A stretch of DNA of 64,000 bases from Lophium mytilinum (taxonomy: Eukaryota), in NCBI GenBank assembly GCA_010093605.1, contig MU004195.1:868001-932000 (forward strand). Reading direction: 5' to 3'. The notes below the pieces were generated by a model that did not search any database, was not told the origin of the DNA, and saw only the letters and a list, made by a program, of their open reading frames with translations. The first letter of the stretch is position 1, and each line of letters begins with the position of its first letter. Below are positions 13,750-26,696 of this stretch, piece by piece. Both the position numbers and the translations under genes were made by a program.

Positions 13750-14250
13750 TCACACACTTTTCCGCCTCTCATACCTCTCCCATCTCCCCTTTCTACAAGC
13801 CCATTTCTTCGCCGTACAACGTCGTGGCCCAAATGGCACCGGCCTCCCACGGACCAACCCAATCAACCCCATCACTACTGACACAAGGACCGCAGCAACC
13901 CAGACAACCCCAAAGCAGATCCCAATCATGGCCCCAGCAGTGACAGCACTCTTCACGATAGCCATACGCAGCGAAAGCACCTCTTTCTGCCCAACAGGCG
14001 GCACTGCGTACAAGATTGTACCGAACAAATGGGCGCAGAAGAGAACTACGCAGAGGCACCCCACAAAGACGCCAATCCCTTCGGTGTCATCATCGTCGAT
14101 CTTACGTACGATGACTGGGTAGAGCGTGATCAAGAGGCAGATGCAGAGGATGCCGATAAGAATTGCTAAGGCAAGGGCCCAGAAGGCGAGGAATGTAGTG
14201 ATTTCAAGGGCGATGTTGAAGGCTGGGAAGCAGAGGTCGAGGAAATCCAT
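13750..14250 (-). CDS. Small hypothetical membrane protein (about 3 TM segments)
   Basis: 166-aa ATG ORF with three long hydrophobic stretches and a basic C-terminal tail. No family recognised. Confidence 0.5.
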   Translation of the reverse strand: MDFLDLCFPAFNIALEITTFLAFWALALAILIGILCICLLITLYPVIVRKIDDDDTEGIGVFVGCLCVVLFCAHLFGTILYAVPPVGQKEVLSLRMAIVKSAVTAGAMIGICFGVVWVAAVLVSVVMGLIGLVRGRPVPFGPRRCTAKKWACRKGRWERYERRKSV

Positions 14251-14730
14251 GGTACTTGACTTTGAACGAAATGCTGGCCTGAAGGATGATGGTGGTGCTG
14301 GGAATAGTGATGGTGGGTGCTGAGGAGGATCTCGTCCTTGCAGCGTGAGGACGCAGTGTTCGACCAGACTTCAAAGCGTGGATCCACTCTCTTCTTCGGT
14401 ATTGGCTGAGCAGTGTACCGCACTCTACTTTCGGGATCTTGATGATGTATCAGAAGCTTGAAAGCCGGGTCTTACCATACATGGAGTTACACTAGGCCCT
14501 CGACCTCCAACGAAGGGTAGCTATTTTTGACTTGGGTAGCGCTTTTATACCACCCGATGTGGACGCCACTACATATTAAATCTGATGCCTCCAAGCTGGA
14601 CGGGGTAGAGTGAACGCTATATCAGCTCCACTCGCATCAAACTCCGTATTGTACAGCAGCTAGACCCCTCCAATGCCGATAACAAAAGATCAACACCACC
14701 TCTCCAAAGATAGTCAAATCCTCTCCGCAT

Positions 14731-15382
14731 TCATTTCACGAACTCCCTCACAACATCCACAGCCTGACAGCTCGGATTCTGGGCCGTGCCCTCGCCCATC
14801 ACCCACGCCAGCGTATAGTAGACGTACCCAGTATACGTCTCGCACACCACCCAGCGGTAATAGTCCTTCACCTTGTCGAGTCCATTCTTCAGCGGTGTAA
14901 TTGTATCATCCACATATCCCTTAATAAACAGCTGGTTCACGGCGTTAAAGCCGACCTCGGTATAGGTGGTGTCTGGGGAGAAGAGCGGCACGGCGACGTT
15001 GGTTGAGGGGGTGTAGGAGAGCTCGAAGGGTTCGGAAACGGCGAAGCCGGAGTTTTGAAGGAGGTAGGTGAGGACGCCGGTGGTGGCGGCGGAGTCGGAC
15101 GAGGTGTTGAAGTGGTAGGTTGAGGCGCCGGCGGAGCCGAGGGTGATGGCGTTGGCGGGGCAGAGGCCTGGGTGGTGAGTTAGTCTTGGTATTGATTGTT
15201 TGGGGATGGGGAGAGAGTGTACCTTCAATAGCGGCGCCCTCGTGGCAGGCGTAGAGGTAGTTGCCGTTGAGGGTTTTGTTTGTGGATTTGATTTGCAGCT
15301 TGAACGGGGCGGATTGGTTGGTGTATTGTGCCAAAGCTGTAGTGGCGGCCGCAAGGGCGAGGATGGATGTTGATGCCTTCAT
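14731..15382 (-). CDS. Small secreted fungal protein (signal peptide, ACHEGAAIEGLC motif), 2 exons
   Basis: ATG at 15382 with signal peptide MKASTSILALAAATTALA, intron 15168-15222, C-terminus YYRWVVCETYTGYVYYTLAWVMG..PSCQAVDV. A TATA-like element lies near 15566. Confidence 0.85.
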
Positions 15383-16678
15383 GTTTGAAATGTGTGGAAT
15401 TGTGTAACAAGACACGTTGAGTGGGATTGACTCTGGTTTTGTGGAGGAATAGAAGGATGTGAAGGATGGATGGGAAGCGAAGGATGAAACGAAACAAAAT
15501 TACGAAGCAAGGACGAGGTTATGTACAAACAGCAGAGGATGTGAATGCGGGCTAGGCTGGAAGCCTATATATACGGTGCGCTTACGTAGCCGTTCCGTCC
15601 TTTCTATGTAGCTTTCTTGGCACAACCTATATAAGCACACGTAGTCTCATTAATATATCCTCATGTTCAGCTCACTCCGTTTACTGTCTTGGCAATTCTG
15701 CCAGCAATCAGGATGCTCCTTCAGCCGAGTGCCGAGTCACGGGCGCACCAAACAGTGCTAGGGTTGCTGAAGAAGGCACGATCCACCAAATCACCAGATC
15801 ACCAGATCCGAATGACGTTAAAACGGCTGTGTTGTTTTGGCGGTTTGCAGGGATCTTGCCCCGCTGATCGACAGGAGAATAAGACCGCGGTGATGTAATT
15901 GGAAGAAGAGCAGTGGCAAGGCAAGTCGTACCGTGGTACGCTCGTCTCCTAACCACTGTACTTTCCCTCTTAGGCCCTCAACGCGTGAGAAACTACTGCA
16001 ACTCGTCCGTCACCATGGCACCATGCCAAAAATACATGCGGCGAATCTGTTTGCGGCTGCTTTTCGCCGCCTCAATACGAGGCTGCACAACAATTGCCTG
16101 GGAAAGGCTTGAGACGACCGCTCGGAATTTCTCCAGATTACAAGCTGCTGGAGCAGGTGCAATCGGCGGATTAGATTGGACGGTTGTTTATTGTGGAATG
16201 ATCGATCAAGCTGAAACGTTAGAAACAGGCTGAAATGGAGAAGGAGAGTGTACGAAATAGCGCATGGCGTCACTGATGGTAGGAGCGTTGAAAGAATACG
16301 AGTGTGTGCTTCGATGCATTTTCACGTGCCGAAAAGAGACATTCACCAACCGTTTTGAAACGGCCCTTATCTTGACGGCTACCTCATGTAGCTCTGTGAA
16401 CTGTCGGGAGGGTATCTCCTATCCCTGTAGACTTCACAAATGTTGTCCAGGTGAGCCGGCCATCAGTAAAGAAGAGTGTAAAAGCTGCAAGGAGCTAGCC
16501 GCTGCTACTAATGCCTATCGTACAGGGCAACCAAAGTGGTCAGTAAAATGGCTATTTCGAATGAGAAGGTCGAGATTACCGCCCTCCATAGTGGAGAAAA
16601 ATGCCCCTTCATTATCATCAAGACTCCCAAACGTCCTAGCCTGAACGCTAAACCCATGATCCCCACCGAAACACTCGC

Positions 16679-18082
16679 TCAGACTTCCAGAGATAAAGTC
16701 GCCTGCGCCGCTCGAGCCCCGGCGACGGCTAGGCTGTCGGCTGCCGTGTTCCCAGGGTTGTTGGCATGGCCCTTCACATACACATACTCAGTTTTGGCAT
16801 TGCATTGGGTCCGCTCTGCCATGCGCTTGATGACGGGTTCAACGATATCCCGATTCTCGACCACCTTGCCGTCTGACGTCTTCCAGCCGTTGGATTGCCA
16901 CTTCAAGCACCAGTTGGTAACGCATTCGATGCTGTATTTGCTGTCGGTATATATCTTGACGTTGCGGTCGATGGGCGCGATATCAAGCGCACGTTGGATA
17001 GCGGTGAGTTCGGCGCGTTGGTTGGTTTGGCGGAGCCCGTTTAGTCCTTCGGAAACGTTGCTGCGAGAGACAAGTTAGCATGTAGTAGAGTTTTGTGAAC
17101 GGACGGAGACTATACCGAGTATCTCCCCGGCCAAAGTAGACGCCAACGCCAGATGTTGCTCCAACTCTTCCGTTTCCTAGTGAACTACCGTCCGTATAGA
17201 CCTCAAGCCAGCCTCTGGGGTCTATTGCGACCAGCTTAGTCGCGTTTAGCTGCCGTTCCTTCTTGCGCTCGACCTTCCCTGTCTTGGGATTAAGGAACAG
17301 TGTCCTATCAAAGCCATCCTCTGCGTCTGGTGGGAGAGGGCCCGTACCTGGCTCTTCGTCGTCCTGCTCAGCACGCCCATTGGTGACAATCACCTCCCCA
17401 GTCACCCTACGGTTGACAATCACCTGCTCAGCACCCCCATTGGTGACAATCATAAACTCGGGGTATTCCTCATTCTGTTTTATCTTCTTCGAGGACGGGG
17501 TAGTATCTCCAACCTTGCATCCATCTCGGCCATCCTCTATCGACATCTCCGAATCCAGGTCATCTAACATTGAACTTTGTGTCCTCTCAGCATTTGCTTG
17601 GCTGCCCTCTGCGACGAACCGCTCCGCCTCCGCTCTGGTTCCGAAGCTCTTATGTTTTGGGAGTTTCCATCCAGTGATCTGCTTTTGCGCCGAAGGCCAG
17701 TCGGTGTAGACTCCAGGGATCCTGCCATTCTGCACGGCGTAGAATTTCGTGCCCAAGGGAGATTTTGCAGGCTTGCCGTTGATGAATCCTTCGGCTTCAA
17801 TGAGGGAGGTGAAGGACTTGACTATAAATAACTGTGTTAGCCTGTGCTGGTCTGGATTGTTGAATATGCAGAAATTGGCTCACATTCGGCCCCCTTCACA
17901 CCCTTCACCTGATCCAAACAGTCTGCCCAGCTGTGGTAGATGCCCGGCTCCTTGCCCTTCTTCACAGCGTAGAATTTCTGTTCTGCAGCCCGCTTGCGTT
18001 TCGTGCCCGAGGAAGCAGTTGTTTGAGCGGATTCGGATCGTGCATCGTCCTGGTTGGTTGGGGAGGCCGCCGATCTCACCAT
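16679..18082 (-). CDS. RNH1: Ribonuclease H1 with two N-terminal hybrid-binding domains, 3 exons
   Basis: ATG at 18082, introns 17822-17883 and 17061-17115. Two KFYAV..G..PG.Y..W domains plus catalytic motifs YTDGS, TNQRAEL, IYTDSKY and VKGH..GNTAADSLA. Confidence 0.93.
17363..17452. repeat. Three 30-bp tandem units inside RNase H1 coding sequence
   Basis: Units cctgctcagcacgcccattggtgacaatca / cctccccagtcaccctacggttgacaatca / cctgctcagcacccccattggtgacaatca. Confidence 0.8.
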
Positions 18083-19226
18083 GGCGGCGGAGAGGCGTAG
18101 TTTCGAGCGGAATGAGGGGATGAATCGATGAAGGTGCGCTCTTTGATAGTGAACACTCCACGCGGGAGTGCCACGACGGCGATGCTTGGGTGGGGTTCGT
18201 GGTGGAGCAGCTGGCAGGAGTCGCAGGCTGGCACGGATGGTGCGGAGGAGTTGTGGGAGAATCGTGTGAGGCTGGTCGTCGTGAGGAGCCTGGAGGCCGG
18301 CAGAAGGTCTCCTCGATAATATATCCTCAGGCGGGGCTTTGAGGTTTGTGGTGGATGAGGGGGCCCACGGCTTCTTCGCTCTCTGAGTCGCAATCACTTC
18401 CTCAGACAATCGAACAATCGCGGCAGAACAGACAATGCGGACTATCAGCAGAGCAACCAGGATTCGAGGGACGCGGGGTCGGGAGATTACTGGGCTGTTG
18501 TAGGCGGGGATGGGAGGGACCTTGCTGGTGATGGGTGCCGCATCCAGGTGGAGCTGCTCGCGGAGGGTGAAACTGCCTACATAGGTGCCTTCAGCCTTTC
18601 CAGTCCACTGCGCGCTCTATTCACCAGATATCTGATGTGGTGAAGTACTATATAGAATCACCCGTATATACACAGTCGAAGCCTACATCACTGAAGTAAT
18701 AGTCTCTTTGACAACTGCCCAGCGCTCCCCCATATATGCCATCGAGTGCCCAAAGCGTTACACGTCTGAGGAGATTGCCCACCATCCCCCACTCTCACGA
18801 GACGCGGGATGGAAGAAATTCGTCGCGTGCCTCCGCAAGCCCCGAATGCCCCACACAACTTCAGCGATCGAATAAACAGCTGGCGGTGGTGTTTCTCTGC
18901 AGCACTCCGATTAAGCTCGGCACACCCCAAGCCCAAAAGGCGGAGGTGCCTCTCGGCCCACGAGATCCGCGCTCCCGCTCCCGTCACCCGAAACACAACA
19001 CCACATCTTCTGCCTGGCTTTCTAACGTCCTCTGCTGGGTCTCCTCTTGGCCCTTTTGTTCCTGAGACCTCCAATTGCTCCGGCCCTCCCTTTTCACAAG
19101 CACAGGCACCCTTATGCTGTGTGGCCTCCGGCGTCGTCACCGCTCGGTTTCCGGAATATAGATCGACTCAGCCGATAGACACAGGTGTAGCTCCAGGAGC
19201 TTGGGGGAGCTTGGCAATATTCGACA

Positions 19227-19692
19227 ATGTTTGAGGTAAGGGATCTCCTGGAGTAGCGTTGCTTTTGCCTAATCAACATTGCTTTAGGGACGCCATGCCT
19301 CCGACCGCTACACGCTCCGCCTCCACCGCGCACGCTCCGTCGTCCTCACCCCAGCGGAGCTTGTCGAGATCCGAGCTGCACAAAGGACATTCGAGGGCGC
19401 ATACATGCGGACGGCAATCGGGCAGTTCTCGTTCGCGCTCATCGTGCTGAAGATTTTCACGGCCGAGTTCTACTCGATTGGCGCGCTCTTCGCCGTGTAC
19501 GGGGCGGGCGTACTGTTCACCAGCCTGTTCCGCCGGCAGCAAGGGAACAAGCAGTTCTTCTCCGAGGTGGGCGAGGATGGGTTGCACCGCAAGAAATTCA
19601 GGACCAGCGGCAACGTCGTATCCGTGCTGACAGCGCTGAGCATCGCAGCCTACGTGTGCCTGCTTGTCCTCACGGTGAAGCTCAAATCGTGA
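19227..19692 (+). CDS. DUF202 (YidH/Vtc1-like) small membrane protein, 2 exons
   Basis: ATG TTT GAG followed by intron 19236-19287, then EIRAAQRTFEGAYMRTAIGQFSFALIVLKIF and three TM segments. A further upstream exon cannot be excluded. Confidence 0.75.
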
Positions 19693-20580
19693 AGGAAATA
19701 GACACAATGCAGCGAGCATGACGGCCAAGAGTCTTGGGGGCAGGCTTAGAATGTCGCACGCTGACGCTCCGCCGCGCCAGTGCGACCCGGGAGGAAGCAG
19801 GTGAGCGTCGGCTCTCCAGGCGGAGATCTCGCCGTGCAGCGGACATGCAGACACTGAGATATTGACTAGCTGGACATCGCAAGCGGGCGCAGCTAGACGC
19901 CTGACGGGCGCTGGCAGCGTCTGGAGGGACTCCGGAGAGTGGCAGACGGCGGCCGGCGATGCAGGCGAAGCGGGCTAGATGCAGAGCGCCGCTTGACTAC
20001 GGTATGGAAAGGATGGCGCGCACTCTATCTGGGCTCGGTGAAGCTGGGCGTGCGTGGATGATTGGCGATGTCAGGGCCGGCCATCGTGGGGGTGCCTTTC
20101 TTTGCTGCGTGCAATCGCTCCGGGGTGGGACAGCCAAGTCTCCTACGTATCAAGTCGCCGCCCGGGAACGGACCAGTCTACCCTCATCAGCACAGCTTCA
20201 ATTGATGTCGCCGTTGCGCGACCCTCTGCTCCACCGCCCGCTCTGAACCACGCCGTCATAATTCAGAGCGGGCGAGGACCCCATAAATTCTGTTGAGCTC
20301 CTCCGACACCTCTCCGATCCGCCTCGCAGCTTCTGCACGCTTTCACCACACTCTGCAGCTCCACGCCTCGCTCCGCCTGCCGCAGCCTCACTTGTCCCTC
20401 AAAGGTCCCCCAGAGGCCCGTACTGCACCATCGACACCACCAACACACCACTCTCGCCGTACCTGGCAGCCATTTCACACCACCCGCCACAGCGCCTTGA
20501 GCGCCGACCGGCCCGATCTCTCAAACCGGCCAAGCCGGCCTCGGCGTTTCCTCGAGCCGCAACACCACCAGCCCTGCAGC

Positions 20581-23019
20581 ATGCCTCTCATCACTTCTGA
20601 CCAGCAGCCGCGCATGCAGCACCCGCAACCTCTCCGCCGCCAAAGCCAACTCTCCGTCTTTGCCAAATCCGTCCTTATGAGCCAGATACCCATCCACAGC
20701 ATCGAACGAAGCAACGACATCCGCTGCGAGAGCGGCGGTGCCGTGCGGGCGTTGGAGAAGACGCCCGCTCCCGAGCCTACATCACAGCCCGTCACCACTA
20801 AGAAGGCCATAACCCCCATACCTCATGGCGAGCTGAAGCCTCTTCCTTTCGTGAATGGCCACCATGGCCCTGTCATTACCAAAGACGGTGTCGGAGCTGC
20901 GCTCAGTGACACTCCAGCACCATCAGCCCCAAGCAGCCCGCGAATGTGAGTCATTATTGAATCCATAATCTTCACTCTTCTTTCGCCAATATACACGACT
21001 GTTTCTGCTTGAGAGGCGCGACTAGGCGTCAACGCAGTCGAGGCCATATGCCTTCCCCCCATGCCGCCGTTTCCAATTCATCCAAGCATGCACGGCAATG
21101 GACCCCAGGCGAACTAGGCCTTTGCACTCCCCAAAACGTCTCCAACGCCAATGGAAAGCTGACTGCCACGCAGACCCGTGATGACCCGGACCAACTCCAT
21201 GGGCACCTCCACGGCCTCCACTCCTCGAATCCGCCCCACCACTCTCGACATCCCCGGCTTGACCAAGTCTAAGGTCTCCCCCGACGGCCGCATAGCACAA
21301 CGAGACGTCGGATCCAAGCTTGTCATCGTCATGGTTGGCCTGCCTGCCCGAGGCAAGAGCTACATCACCAAGAAGATGGCGCGATATCTAAACTGGCTGC
21401 AGCATGACACCAGAATCTTCAACGTTGGCGAGCGTCGTCGGGTAGCTGCTGGTGGACAGGCCCAGACTGGTGGTCCAACTCGCTCAAACTTCTCTGGCGC
21501 AGAAAGCAATAGCTATTCGACTATACCGGACAAGCCTAGGCCGAACCACCATCAAATCGCTGCCCATATTCTCATCAACGGTCATCCTCAACCCGACGAC
21601 GGACTCACGCCTTTACACCTGCCAAGTCCCGTGCACGCCCATGAACAGGAACACGACGACTTCGCCGCAGACGATGCTATGCATGCGCACCTGGAGGCCA
21701 AATTCCCAGAAATCGAGCGTGCGACCACTCCAGATGATGACCAGGATACTGACGCAATGGACCAATCAGCCAGCTTCTTCGACCCCCAGAATAGGAAAGC
21801 TGCCCTGATAAGAGAGCAATGTGCCATGGAAACTTTGGACGATCTCCTGGATTACATCCTGAACGGAAATGGCTCTGTTGGCATCTTCGACGCCACCAAC
21901 AGCACTCTGAACCGACGCAAGCAGATAATGATCCATATCCGCGAGCGAGCTGGACCCGAGCTGAACGTCCTCTTTGTAGAAAGTGTTTGCCAGGATCAGA
22001 GGCTACTGGAGTCCAACATGCGTCTCAAACTTTCTGGACCTGACTATGACGGCAAGGATCCCGTGGCTGCCCTCGAGGACTTCAAGAAACGTGTGGCAAT
22101 CTACGAGAAGAACTACGTACCATTGGGCGATTACGAGGAAGACAATAACATGCCATTCGTGAAAATGGTTGATGTTGGCCGGAAGGTCATCTCCCATCAA
22201 ATCAGAGGATTCCTCTCTTCAACGGCCGTTTACTACCTGTTGAATTTCAACCTCACCCCACGTATGATCTGGATCACACGACACGGGGAGTCCCAGGACA
22301 ATGTCGCCGGTAAGATCGGTGGCGATTCAGATCTGAGCGCCAATGGCACCCGATACGCCAAAGCGATGACCAAATTCATTGACCAGCAGCGCAAGGAATG
22401 GGACATTCATCAGGCTGATAAACATGCTCACACGCATTTCCCACCGCATCCCGGTGACCACACTCCGCCCAATCCGCACTATGGACCCCATCTCGATGAA
22501 CCCAGGAACTTCTGCGTTTGGACATCCATGCTCAAACGAAGTATCCAGTCTGCACAGTACTTCGACGAAGAGGACTACGAGACGAAGCAAATGCGAATGC
22601 TGGACGAACTCAACGCTGGTATTATGGAGGGCCTTACCTACGACGAGATACGATCTCGATACGAGGAAGAGTTCACCTGCCGACGGAAGGACAAGATGGG
22701 TTATCGCTACCCAGGACCAGGTGGTGAGGGATACCTCGATGTCATCAACCGCCTTCGACCTGTCATTGTCGAGCTGGAACGCATGACAGACCATTGTCTA
22801 CTGGTCGCCCATCGCTCCGTCGCTCGTGTTCTACTCGCTTATTTCCAAAATCTAGATCGCAAAGACGTTGCAGATCTGGAATGTCCACTCGGAATGCTTT
22901 ATCAGCTCGAGCCGAAACCATACGGCGTCGAGTTCAAAGCGTGGCGTTACAATTCCGATAATGACGGCTTCGATCTCCTTCCTGACTACAAGCTGCACCG
23001 AGCGAAATACGCTGTTTAA
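20581..23019 (+). CDS. PFK26: 6-phosphofructo-2-kinase/fructose-2,6-bisphosphatase family protein, 2 exons
   Basis: Intron 20946-21173. Kinase motifs MVGLPARGKSY and GIFDATNST; His-phosphatase motifs WITRHGES, LDELNAG and VAHRS. The start codon is uncertain. Confidence 0.9.
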
Positions 23020-25541
23020 CGCCTCATCTATCCAGATACCCGACCACCCGAGACACTCAGTTCATCCTTCTTGTACATGCATTCTTACCCAGGGCTCCTA
23101 GACGGCAAACTCCACGCTCATTCCTTTCACGTTCATAATTCGAGATGCTACTTCGATCCATCATCGCCCATCACGGCTTCTTCATCTTTTTTCCTTGCAA
23201 CGAACTCTAACTAATGCATACTATCGGCGTCTTCACACGGGTTCTCAGCAAGGGAAAGACTTTATGAGCCTATGCATGATGGGTGGGCTGGGGGCTTTTA
23301 TACACTATTTTTGACGACAAGGGTCATGTCGTGTTGCTTTCTGGCGTTTCCTGTGTCTAGCATGGTATGCTGGGGTATGGCGGCTACATCTCAGTCTTTC
23401 GTTGTTCTCCAATGCGGGTGAGGTGGGGGTAGGCAGGTTTACTATACAGCTGGGCCGGCTGAGGCGCGTATTGTGTTTTTGGTCCTCGGCGGTGTTGTCT
23501 GGTAGAGTGTTGGCCTGCTTGTTTTCTTCGGCTCGCGAGTGGAACGGTGGTGTTTTCGTGCCGTGCGGCTATGGTCTGCTGCGTAGATGAGCGCACTGAA
23601 AGACTATGCCTGTATGGTATATTTGTATCATGCCTTCCGCGCCTTTTTTTGATTGATTGAAGAAGTGATTAGTGATGTTTATCTTTTCGTTTATGTTACT
23701 AGGTTCAGTCCCGCTATCAATTTCTCGGCACTCATTCCATCGATCATACTATAAGATATCGAAACCAAAGCAAACAAAGGAAAGAGAAGCCTCTACCCAG
23801 TCTACAACCGAACTCGCCCTATCCTCGCCTTACCTCACAGGCCCCCACTCACCACCTCCGCGAGTAGAAACTTAAAATGCAAGACAAGAGCAGTCTTCGC
23901 GACTCCCTCAGACTCCTAGCATTCTTTCCACATCGCCATCTTACAGCCTTCACAGGTCGTCCAAACGGGGTGGGTCCAGCGTCTACACATCTTCTTCACG
24001 TGGATATATCGCCCGTTCACCTACTGTTCCAACTCGTTTGGACTCAACCCCCAAAAATGTAGTCACCAGAAAACATTTCCCGGTCCTAAATCGCGAGGTT
24101 TCTGCTATCCTCTCAGCTTTGGAGCAAGCGTCTTAGCCGCTAAGCAGCAATCTGGAAAAAGGTTCGCGATGTCACTTGGGACATGTTGGAGCAGGCGGAT
24201 TGGTGTGGTGTCGATTTCCCCAATTCGGTTGTATGAGTTTGGGAAGTAGTGAGTCGCGTGCTGGCGGTCTGCAAGGGACGGTGAGGTGGGTGGTAGGCGG
24301 CTTCTCTGTGGAGAGAGAGGGGATGGATCCGATGGAAGGAGGGGGAGGGAAAGGAAATCCCGCCTTTTCGGTCTATGGAGCGCATTGGGTCGGGGGAGAA
24401 GATTAGTCGGGGTGCTTCATAGGGGGTTGGTAAGGGGGTGGGAGTATTTGGGGAGAGTTCGGGGATGGAGGCAGAACGGGATGGGGGCCTGCGAGTGGAG
24501 GAGTAGAGGTGGCGGAGAAGTGTGTAAACTCGTTCAATGTAGTTGGACGAACACCGGTGCAACTAATAATAGCGACTCCAGGGAAGGTGGGTGGGGATGA
24601 TAGGCAATGGCTAAGAAGTGTCGAGAACTTCTATGAGGCCGTGCGCGCGTTCGTGACAGGACATGCTGGGCGCTGGTGTGTGAGGCGCTGGAGGGGATGG
24701 TTCTGAAGAGGGGGTGGTGAGGGATAGAGTAATCGCCGACGTTGGGACCTAGGCATCGGAAGAAGAAGATGGATGGTGTTTATTGGGGCTGTGCGGCTTG
24801 CTCCGAAGTGCGTTGGATTTATTTGCGGATAGATTCACGTTGTATCCAGTATGTTGAGCTGTAATTAGAGTGCGATATGTGGGAGGTGTGGAGAGGCTGT
24901 AGCTTGGACGTGGTGAAGCGATGCTCGTTCATAGCACTGAGATGTAGTGCCTCGCCAAAGGTATGTGCACTCTTGCTTGCCCCTGTTTGAAGTTCGCCGT
25001 TGCAATATGAAGAACACAGACGAGATATAAGAGTGAAGGTAATGCAATCTAGAGCGACTCAACCCCCTTTCAATCGACAGACCACACTGGAACCGTTGAA
25101 GGTGACCTAGCGTCTTGTCAGAAGTCTGGAAGATAGGATGACCCCAACGGTAAAGTGACGGCGACATTTTATGATGTAGTTCTACAGATATATTTGATAC
25201 AATTAGCTATTTATATAGCGAAACCGAAAGTCGTTAGATGATGCGAAGGACTACCGTAATAAGATTTAGACCCCAGCAAGAAATGAGATTCAGAAGTACA
25301 TGAAGCCTCATGAGAAAAGGTCGATACCCAACATTATGATACCCGCGATACCTTAAATTCGGTGTTTTGAAAAGAAAAGAAGACAGGGGACCGAAGAACG
25401 AAAGAGGGGCGAAAAACAGGAATGGAAAGAGAAAACGAAAGAAATACAGAGTAGAGGTGCCGTACTCCATCACTCTGCAGCTGCTTCATCCGCACTAGGT
25501 GAGTTATAGTTACAGATGCCTTTGAGGCTCACCCCATATTC

Positions 25542-26696
25542 CTATTCGTGGCACACCTCACACCAGTGACGGGCGCCACACGTGGTTCCGTCCCGCTCCC
25601 CCGGCAGCCCACGCTCCTTCAACAGTCCAAGCCTATGTTTATCGCATTCTGCTTTGGTTCCCCAACCGCAATGGCTCCTTGTATGCCGCGTTCCTGTGGC
25701 GGCGACCTTCCGAAGATAGGCCCTGTTCTCCTCCTCTCTCAGCTTTAGCCGCTCTATTTTCTGCCGATTGGAAGCCTCGTTCTTCTCCCTCTTTTGTCTT
25801 CTGTCCTCGATCTGTTCCGATAGCTTGTCATGGGTGCTAAGTAACTTATCTCGAATAGCGTGAGACACTTCTTGGCTATATCCTCGACAGCGTACCTTGA
25901 CACATTTAAGGGGGAGAAACCTGAATTGCAGAATCCCCTTCTTCTCTAGGTTGTGTCTCCCAGCAGTGAGAATGTACAGACTGTGCAAGCCAGTGAGCAA
26001 TTGCATCTTAGCCGTAGGCACACGTCTATCGAAATTCTGACCCCTAAGAGCAAGTCGTAGTTTTCGAATTGAGCACAGCTGCGAGGCAGTGCGATGTAGC
26101 AGGAATTGGACGAATGTTTGGTGGCTCTGGAACGAGAACATCGTCTGGTTCCAGAATGGGTCAGCAAAATCAAAGTAAAACTGGCGGCAGGTGCGAAAAA
26201 GTCGCAAATCCACTTTCTCGAGTTCAAGAAGGGAGTTGCAATGAGGACTCTTAGGAACCCGGTCATGTTCGAAATTAAAGTAAGCAATTTCCTCGGCGCT
26301 GGAATAGATAGAATATGCTGTTTCAAGTGTCTCAAGGCTTTTGCTAGTCTGTGAAATTCGTTCGTACGGACTGGCTTCTCCATGGGATCCCAATTTTGCC
26401 GAGTGCTCGGCTCTCCTCTTGATATGCAAGATCCGTGGCTCGTAGAGGTATTTAGCAATCTTTTCCCTCAACTCTTTAGGGAGGCGGAGGAGACGTGATT
26501 CGCGGGCATTGCGTTTGAAGCTGAAAATGTTTTGGTAAGCAAGTTATCAATGGAATTCCAGTGACTGATCATCATGGTCAAATGCTTACAGATTAGCTAT
26601 TCTAGCATCCTTGGGGCGGCTAAACGGTCGGTTCCTCTTGCGAGGACGACTGGGAGTCTCGAAGGGCTCGTCCGGCATATCCCTCTTCAGTGACAT
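25542..26696 (-). CDS. Hypothetical protein with F-box-like N-terminal motif, coiled coil and Cys/His-rich C-terminus, 2 exons
   Basis: ATG at 26696, intron 26521-26589, giving SRLLRLPKELREKIAKYLY, then LRLFRTCRQFY and FW.QTMFSF motifs typical of fungal F-box-like hypothetical proteins. Confidence 0.7.

Noticed and set aside
15913..16644. Cys-containing ORFs downstream of RNase H1
   Set aside because: Fragmentary with no recognisable domain; cannot be supported as genes.
16679..18082. RNase H as part of a retrotransposon
   Set aside because: It has introns and hybrid-binding domains, with no RT, integrase or LTRs nearby; it is the cellular RNase H1.
18736..19234. ORFs upstream of the DUF202 gene as extra exons or separate genes
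   Set aside because: The 18809 frame stops (TGA) before the donor site, no clear splice path was found, and no motif was recognised.
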